From Armatimonadota bacterium (GTDB lineage Bacteria > Armatimonadota > Armatimonadia > Armatimonadales > Armatimonadaceae): DNA of 11,691 nucleotides. Numbering within the stretch: position 1 is the stretch's first letter; every line of letters starts with the position of its first letter. Where the stretch lies: assembly GCA_043754515.1 (NCBI GenBank), contig JAYUUO010000152.1, forward strand, positions 1 to 11,691, given 5' to 3'. Below the pieces are notes generated by a model. That model had not been told where the DNA came from and did no database searches. It saw only the letters and a list, made by a program, of their open reading frames with translations. Shown piece by piece: positions 6,046 through 11,691 of the stretch. The position numbers and the translations under genes were made by a program.

Positions 6046-7422
6046 CTACTCGTCATCCTCGTCGAAGCGGCGACCCGACCCGCCGCCCCGGTTGCGGAAG
6101 CCGATGGAGTCGTCGCCGGACGACGCCAGCATATCCGCCATGCCTTCCGGGTTCTTCGCCTTCTTTAAGTATTTGCGTAGCGTCTCTACCTGCTCGGTGA
6201 CGGCCCGCGTGTACCGCTCGTCAAGCGTCGTGTTGCCCTCGTGCGCCAGTTGCAACAACGCGGCGAGAAACGCTTCCTTGAGGAACGCGGGCGTAAACCC
6301 CTCCGTCAGCCTCGCGACTGACTCAGCGAGCGACTCGATGTCGAAACCCGGCGCGAGGTTCGGTAGTTTCGCCAGAAACCGGCGGCAGTACTCGGCGCGC
6401 TCTGGTTTAGCGGGCAAGCCGATGTGGTACACCCGGTCGAAGCGGGACGGCCGCTTCAGCAGGGCCTCGTCAATGCGCTCCGGGTGGTTCGACGATGCTA
6501 TGATTAGGATGCCGTCGTTGTTGCGGAAGCCGTCTAGTTCGTTCAGGAAGTAGGTCCGGTTGCCCCCGCCGATGAACCCGTCCATATCCTCGAACGCCAG
6601 TATGCACGGTGCGGACTCACGGGCGTGCTTAAATATCTGCTGGAGCGACCCGTTGTGCCGTACATCCCCCACATAGAGGAACGGCACCTCCGGGTGCGCC
6701 GCCGCCGCCGCTTTACACACCATTGTCTTGCCCGTGCCCGGCGGCCCGATCAGCAGGATGCCGCGACGCCACGGGAAGCCGATGGAGCGAAATGCCTCTT
6801 CCGAGGTGAAAAACTGATCAATCGTGGTGCGTATGTCAGCCATCAATTCGGGCGCCAGCACGATGTCGTCCCAGGCGACTTTGTTGGCTTCTTCGTCTAG
6901 CTCCGGGTCATCCTTCCAGGTGCCCAAGAACCGCCGACATCGGTGGTGGACCGCGTGCATCTCCTTGTGCATCCGCCCGATAAAGTCGCGGCACGCGTCG
7001 GCGTTCTCGCCCCATATAACGAAGTAGCCGCTGTCACCCAGATTGGGGAGGGCGAGCATTTCTAGAATCTCGCCCGATCCCGGCAACGTAAGCTCCCACC
7101 AACCATACACTGGGCGTGGCTCGATGAAATCAGCCGTGTCATCGGTATGCTCCAGGGGCGATCCCATGAGGGCGCGGGCCGTGCAGATTCGCGGCAGGGT
7201 TCGTTGCACGTCGGTACGGTCCTGATAGAACGTATGAACGGAGGCGGTGGGGGACTTCTCCCGAAGCAGTTCGAAGAAAAGGTGGAGCGGGGTGCCGTCT
7301 TCGGAGGCGCATCGCAGGATTTCGTCCAACGCCTTGTGCCGCCAATCCGGCTCATCGGGTGGGAAACCGTTCGTGAAAGAGAAGCCGTTCGCTCGAGTTT
7401 CGGTATTGAGTTGCATCATCAT
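6046..7422 (-). CDS. Single-module AAA+ ATPase, BCS1-like signature, with an uncharacterised N-terminal domain
   Basis: GFPWRRGILLIGPPGTGKT (Walker A, core at 6724-6747), ILAFEDMD (ED-type Walker B as in BCS1), LNELDG, and SSNHPERIDEALLKRPSRFD (sensor 1 and second region of homology). Three tandem ATGs are possible starts. Confidence 0.9.
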   Translation of the reverse strand: MMMQLNTETRANGFSFTNGFPPDEPDWRHKALDEILRCASEDGTPLHLFFELLREKSPTASVHTFYQDRTDVQRTLPRICTARALMGSPLEHTDDTADFIEPRPVYGWWELTLPGSGEILEMLALPNLGDSGYFVIWGENADACRDFIGRMHKEMHAVHHRCRRFLGTWKDDPELDEEANKVAWDDIVLAPELMADIRTTIDQFFTSEEAFRSIGFPWRRGILLIGPPGTGKTMVCKAAAAAHPEVPFLYVGDVRHNGSLQQIFKHARESAPCILAFEDMDGFIGGGNRTYFLNELDGFRNNDGILIIASSNHPERIDEALLKRPSRFDRVYHIGLPAKPERAEYCRRFLAKLPNLAPGFDIESLAESVARLTEGFTPAFLKEAFLAALLQLAHEGNTTLDERYTRAVTEQVETLRKYLKKAKNPEGMADMLASSGDDSIGFRNRGGGSGRRFDEDDE

Positions 7423-7513
7423 GGTATACGCACGCCCCGGCGCGTTCGCTCCGGGGGATCTCCTGTTTTGTAGTCACGTTCTGTATCGCCGAACCGGAAC
7501 GGGACGCTAAAAC

Positions 7514-7542
7514 TTGCGCCGGGGCGGGCGGGAGCGTACAAT
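7514..7542 (+). promoter_or_regulatory. Sigma70 promoter of tRNA-Leu
   Basis: TTGCGC (7514-7519), a 17-nt spacer, then TACAAT (7537-7542), ending 16 nt before the tRNA 5' end. Confidence 0.75.
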
Positions 7543-7558
7543 ACCGGCGTTCGTTTTT

Positions 7559-7641
7559 GCCGGGGTGGTGGAACGGTATACACAGGGGACTTAAAATCCC
7601 CCGCCCGTGAGGGATTGCGGGTTCGAATCCCGCCCTCGGCA
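7559..7641 (+). tRNA. tRNA-Leu (anticodon TAA), CCA not encoded
   Basis: Acceptor stem GCCGGGG/CCTCGGC plus discriminator A. D-loop with GG. Anticodon arm GGGGA-CTTAAAA-TCCCC (TAA at 7592-7594). Long variable arm CCC-GTGA-GGG. T-arm GCGGG-TTCGAAT-CCCGC. Confidence 0.97.
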
Positions 7642-7705
7642 TCTTCAGCGGCACGGGCTTTATCGCCCCTGTCCCCCTCCCGTTTTCACGGTAGAATAAC
7701 AGCGT

Positions 7706-8425
7706 ATGGAAACTCCCGATTCTTCCGGGCAACGACTGCGTTGGTGGCAGGACCAGCCCCCCCAGGCGACGCCGAAATGGTACGCGCAGTCGGCACCCGG
7801 TGCCGATCACACAAGCGCCGTCTCTTTGACACCGGAACCACTCGAACTAGAGGACGAGCTGGAAGCCGAAGCGTTGCGCCGTGCCGCGCTCGAACAAGAT
7901 GTCGTTATCACCGAGGGTAGCTATGACAATTTGCAAAGTCACTCGCGGCGGATGTTCGCCTGGATCATCGGGCTGGCGCTCCTGTTCTATGTGCCGATGG
8001 GTGTTATTTCGCAATCCTGGTTTCTAGCCCTGATACCGCTGATCTATATAGCGGAATACTTCATCCTGACCGCCGTCATGCGCAAGACGTTCCGGGGTCG
8101 GAAATTCGCCGTGAAAACCTCGTCCTTAGGATTAACGCTGGACCTGCCTTATTACCACATCGGACCGATCTTCTGGAACGAGGTGAAGTCCGTGCGGGTC
8201 GTCAACATGCTCCTCGTACAGGTCGTACAGGTGCGTCTCAAAGACCCCAAGACGACATTGAAACGAGCACTGGTTATGAGGAAGCATTTCGGCTCACGGC
8301 TAACGCGCTGGTCGCTGGAACAAAGCCCGATCGAAATACAAGCGCGCTGGTTCGGCGGTTCGGCGACTGGGTTAGCGGCGCAGATCGCGAACTTCCGGCC
8401 CGCGGTGATTGAGAAGAAGAAATAG
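7706..8425 (+). CDS. Membrane protein with 2 TM helices and a C-terminal PH-like (STM3941-like) domain
   Basis: Acidic, Pro-rich N-terminus and two hydrophobic segments (MFAWIIGLALLFYVPMGVI; WFLALIPLIYIAEYFILTAVM). The pattern GLTLD...GPIFWNEVKSVRVV...VRLKDP is typical of bacterial PH-like domains. Confidence 0.7.
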   Translation: METPDSSGQRLRWWQDQPPQATPKWYAQSAPGADHTSAVSLTPEPLELEDELEAEALRRAALEQDVVITEGSYDNLQSHSRRMFAWIIGLALLFYVPMGVISQSWFLALIPLIYIAEYFILTAVMRKTFRGRKFAVKTSSLGLTLDLPYYHIGPIFWNEVKSVRVVNMLLVQVVQVRLKDPKTTLKRALVMRKHFGSRLTRWSLEQSPIEIQARWFGGSATGLAAQIANFRPAVIEKKK

Positions 8426-8426
8426 G

Positions 8427-9482
8427 GTGCAAAGCAGGGTCACCGAACAGTGCCGCCGCGCGATTGACTACGCGCGGGGGGAGGCTGGCCGGGATGGTGC
8501 CCCTTGCATCGAACCGGAGCATCTGCTCTTCGGGGTGCTGCGCAATGAACACTCCGAGGCGTGTGTTGACCTGCGCACCCTCGGCTACTTGCCCGCCGCG
8601 ATCCAGACCGACCTAACCGCGCTCCTCGACTCCCTGCGTGTGGGATGTGCCGACCAGGGTGTCTGCTCTCCGAACCGCATCCCCCTCTCGCCCGCTTCGT
8701 GCGCCTCCCTCGAAAAGGCGGCGGACATATCCGCCCGCTTCGGCCGGCACTACGTCGGACCCGAGCACATCCTGATGGCGTTGATCACGGAGCCGACCCC
8801 GGCCCTCGCGGCACTCTGGAAGCGTCATAAAGTCAAGATCGTTCTGCCCCCGAGTGGCCAACGAAACTCACGTCACGAGTCCGCTCCCATCCCATCCGAA
8901 AGCCATTTCGTAGTGCCCCCGGACTCGCTAGAAATGCCCGTGTGGGATAGGTATACGCACCAGGCGAAACGAGCGATCGGTCATGCCCAATCGGAGGCGA
9001 CCCGCTCTGGCTGCAACGTGATCCCCGCCGTCTTCCTGCTGGCGGGAGTGCTACAAGACGGCGAGACAGTGGTCACGGACATGCTGAGCCGTTGCGGTGT
9101 TGAGCGGAACATGCTCCGCGAGGCACTCGCCGACCGGCTGGGAGCGGGGCCGGGGTTTGATCCTGACAAGGATGTGATCCTAGCCGCCGACGCTTTGGCG
9201 GCTGTGACAGAGGCACGCGCGGCGTCTCTCCGGCTGGGGGATAGGCATATCGGCACCGAGCATTTGATGCTAGGCTTGCTCGCGGACCGCAACGAAGCAG
9301 GGGAGATTCTCCGCTCCCATGGTCTGGCGACAGCTAACTTCACGCACGCCCTCCGGCGCGTCAAAAGGGGGAACCGCGTGGAGGGCGACAAGCGCGGCGA
9401 TCCGCTCACGACCATGCTGGTCTGGCTGGCGGTCGTCGCGGTGCTTATGGGGTTGGCTTCGCTACAGCGCGGCTGTCACTAA
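8427..9482 (+). CDS. Clp N-terminal repeat (Clp_N) protein: two tandem Clp-N domains plus a C-terminal TM helix, no AAA+ module
   Basis: Probable GTG start at 8427, 1 nt after the upstream stop. Domain 1: RVTEQCRRAI...IEPEHLLFGVL...HYVGPEHILMAL. Domain 2: WDRYTHQAKRAI...HIGTEHLMLGLL. Tail: MLVWLAVVAVLMGLASL. Confidence 0.85.
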   Translation: MQSRVTEQCRRAIDYARGEAGRDGAPCIEPEHLLFGVLRNEHSEACVDLRTLGYLPAAIQTDLTALLDSLRVGCADQGVCSPNRIPLSPASCASLEKAADISARFGRHYVGPEHILMALITEPTPALAALWKRHKVKIVLPPSGQRNSRHESAPIPSESHFVVPPDSLEMPVWDRYTHQAKRAIGHAQSEATRSGCNVIPAVFLLAGVLQDGETVVTDMLSRCGVERNMLREALADRLGAGPGFDPDKDVILAADALAAVTEARAASLRLGDRHIGTEHLMLGLLADRNEAGEILRSHGLATANFTHALRRVKRGNRVEGDKRGDPLTTMLVWLAVVAVLMGLASLQRGCH

Positions 9483-9506
9483 TATCGCGTCTGGCACGGC
9501 ATTCCA

Positions 9507-11690
9507 CTACGATATGGCGAAGGACGAGCCGTTCGGGCCTTTTATTATTTCGATCCGCGTCGGGAATGCCTCCTTGATTTCCTCGATGTGAGTAATGCAG
9601 AGTATCAGCGCGAAGTACTCCTGGATCGCCATCAGCGCGTCCGTCATCGCCTCGCGGCCGCGCGGGTCCTGCGTCCCGAAGCCCTCGTCAACGATCAGCG
9701 TCTGTAATGGAGCACCCGCGCGGCTGGCAAGCACCCGCGACAGGGCGACGCGCAGGGCGAAGTTGATTCGAAACGCTTCGCCGCCACTGAACATCTCGTA
9801 TGGGCGCGTGCCCATCTCGTCCGAAACGATGATGTCCAGCGTCTCGACATCCTGCGCACTTTTCGTGCGTGCCTCGCGGGTAGTTTTGAGTTCCACCTTC
9901 ATCGCATCGTTGGAAAGTTTAGAAAGCAGTTCGTTCGCGTGCCCGACGATCTCCGGCAGGGCGTTCTCGATGATCAGTGCTTGCACGCCTTTCTTCCCGA
10001 ACGCGCCGATTAGCTCCCGAAACAGGTCGCGCTGTTTCGACTGTTCCACGAGTTCGGCCTCGTAGACCGCTTTCTTCTGCGCCTGCTCCGCGCAATCCTG
10101 TAGTTTGCCGCTCCAATCGCCTATTTCGCGGTCCGCGCGTTGCACCGTGACCGTCGCGCCGGTGAATTGAACATCAAGCGCGTCGAGCGTGCGTTTGAGT
10201 CCGGGAAGGTCGGCAGCCTCGCCCCGCGCTTTGAGAACCTGCTGTTCGGCGACCGCGATCTGCCCGATCCGCTTCGTGACCTTCACCTGCAACTCACCTA
10301 CTTGTGTCGGTTCGGTTTCGAGGATGAGACGCGCGGCGTGGAGCGCGTCCAGGTCGCGTGGCGCGTTTGACAGAGAATTGACTTCGGCGCGGGCGGCTTC
10401 CAGCGGCGCGTGCGCGGCTTCCGCGCGTTCACGCTCGGCGGAAAGTTGCGCGAGCTGTTCCTGCTCCGCGAGCAAGAAATCGCGGTTCAGTAGCTGTGCG
10501 TCCAGGTCATCCCGCTCCGCTATCGCCTGCGGCAAGAGGCGAATTCGCTCCTGAAGCCGTGTCACCTGCTGAGTGAGCAACCGTATCTGCGTGAGATGTT
10601 CCGCCTTCGCCTGGCGAGTGCGAAGTAGCGCATCCTGCGCAGTCTTCAGCGCGGCGAGTTCCGCTTTGACGCCCCCCGCGTCCCGCATGGTTAGTGCCAG
10701 CCGTTCGTACACGCTTCTTAGTTCGGTCTCTGCTTGGTCAATGGCTCCGGCACGCTTCGCCTCCGGCAACGACTGCCCGCAATACTCGCAGTTGGGTGCG
10801 CTTGACGATTTCAGCGCGGTCAGCCGCTGTTTCAACTGGGACTCGGCGTGCTTCCCCGCTGCGTTGTCGTCCTTAAGTTCCGCCATCTGCTCGTCCTGAA
10901 CCTGCCGCGCCTCTTCGTTCGCGGCGAGTTGCTGGTCAACATCGCCGAAGGAGTCGGAACTATTTTGTAGACGCCTGATGTCGCTCTCCAGTGTGGCGAG
11001 CGTGGGGATGTCGCGCTCCAACTCCTCGATCTGGCACTGCTTTTGGTAGCGCAGACTGGTGAGCCGGGTCTCCTCGGCGCGGATCACGCGTTCCAGGTCG
11101 CCGCATTTGCGCCCCAGTTCGAGCGCACGGTTGAACACCGATTCGAGGCGTCCGACATCGGACTGCCTGCTCATCAGCCGCTGATACGCTGCTTCGACCT
11201 CACTAGCCTGTTCCGTCAGCGTCTGTGCTCGCGCTATTCGCGGGAGAAGCGTGTCCAGCGTCGCCTGGTCAATATGGTTCCGCTCCTGAGCATCGGCGAT
11301 TTTGTCTTCCATGTTTCGGGCGCGTTGCTCGATCACGTCCAGCCGGTCAACTGCCGCCGCGATCTCACCCCGCTCGGCCTGCAATCGGTCGCGTTCGGCG
11401 GTCGCCGCGTCGAGTTGTCGCTTCGCGGATTCCAGTGCCATCTCATACCGGTCGCGGTTCTCGAGAATGGCGTTGATGCCGCTAATCGTGCGCGTCAGGT
11501 CCGTCTCGCGCTCCTTCGCTTCCTTCTCACGCTCTTTCGCCATCTCCTCCAACCGGTCGTAGCGCGACAGGTCGAGAATATCGGCAAGCACTTCTTTGCG
11601 CTTGTTCGGCGTAGCGCGGGAAAACTCATCGGCGCGACCTTGCGCGAGATAGGCGGTCGAGAGGAACGTGTCGTAGTCCATCCGAAGCAG
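9507..11690 (-). CDS. sbcC: SbcC/Rad50 SMC-family ATPase (nuclease SbcCD subunit C), 5' end beyond the right edge
   Basis: Q-loop YLAQG, long coiled coil, zinc hook CEYC (10779-10790), signature FSGGE, Walker B/D-loop LIVDEGFGTQD and H-loop ITH. The frame stays open upstream of ATG 11681. Confidence 0.93.
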   Translation of the reverse strand: MLRMDYDTFLSTAYLAQGRADEFSRATPNKRKEVLADILDLSRYDRLEEMAKEREKEAKERETDLTRTISGINAILENRDRYEMALESAKRQLDAATAERDRLQAERGEIAAAVDRLDVIEQRARNMEDKIADAQERNHIDQATLDTLLPRIARAQTLTEQASEVEAAYQRLMSRQSDVGRLESVFNRALELGRKCGDLERVIRAEETRLTSLRYQKQCQIEELERDIPTLATLESDIRRLQNSSDSFGDVDQQLAANEEARQVQDEQMAELKDDNAAGKHAESQLKQRLTALKSSSAPNCEYCGQSLPEAKRAGAIDQAETELRSVYERLALTMRDAGGVKAELAALKTAQDALLRTRQAKAEHLTQIRLLTQQVTRLQERIRLLPQAIAERDDLDAQLLNRDFLLAEQEQLAQLSAERERAEAAHAPLEAARAEVNSLSNAPRDLDALHAARLILETEPTQVGELQVKVTKRIGQIAVAEQQVLKARGEAADLPGLKRTLDALDVQFTGATVTVQRADREIGDWSGKLQDCAEQAQKKAVYEAELVEQSKQRDLFRELIGAFGKKGVQALIIENALPEIVGHANELLSKLSNDAMKVELKTTREARTKSAQDVETLDIIVSDEMGTRPYEMFSGGEAFRINFALRVALSRVLASRAGAPLQTLIVDEGFGTQDPRGREAMTDALMAIQEYFALILCITHIEEIKEAFPTRIEIIKGPNGSSFAIS

Positions 11691-11691
11691 G

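Noticed and set aside
5795..6553. 252-aa plus-strand ORF and other long antisense ORFs (e.g. 9595-10065, 3010-3489, 2326-2757)
   Set aside because: These are shadow ORFs opposite well-supported genes, expected in GC-rich DNA, with no recognisable motifs.
7435..7456. CCCCGG...CCGGGG hairpin upstream of the AAA+ gene as a riboswitch
   Set aside because: A single short GC stem with no recognisable aptamer or expression platform.
7559..7641. tRNA-Leu as an integration site or group I intron host
   Set aside because: No integrase and no duplicate of the tRNA 3' end were seen in the window. The anticodon loop is uninterrupted.
9507..11690. SMC-like ATPase as a defence system (Wadjet/Lamassu)
   Set aside because: The zinc hook and DEGFGTQD motif fit ordinary SbcC/Rad50, and no effector or jet genes lie downstream. 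The upstream context is not visible.

Overview
GC-rich bacterial chromosome segment; the protein style suggests Armatimonadota or a related Terrabacteria lineage (inference only). Contents from left to right: (1) the 5' end of an alpha-E (DUF403) gene on the minus strand with its own near-consensus sigma70 promoter; (2) a doubly frameshifted acyltransferase-3 (OafA/YrhL-like) gene; (3) a translationally coupled lipid operon of a YegS/DgkB-family lipid kinase, a MobA-like NTP transferase and a CdsA carrying an unusual N-terminal 11-mer-repeat helical extension; (4) a wHTH-MNT nucleotidyltransferase behind a 21-bp inverted repeat, followed by a decayed HEPN-type partner missed by the ORF track; (5) on the minus strand, a BCS1-like AAA+ ATPase followed by a small 4-Cys HiPIP-like protein with no export signal; (6) tRNA-Leu(TAA) with its promoter; (7) a two-gene unit of a 2-TM PH-like protein and a tail-anchored double Clp-N protein lacking ATPase domains; (8) the 3' part of sbcC/Rad50. 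No integrase, transposase or CRISPR array was seen. The best novelty candidates are the lipid operon with the extended CdsA, the AAA+/HiPIP-like pair and the membrane-anchored Clp-N module. All family calls come from motif recognition by eye, with no database searches.
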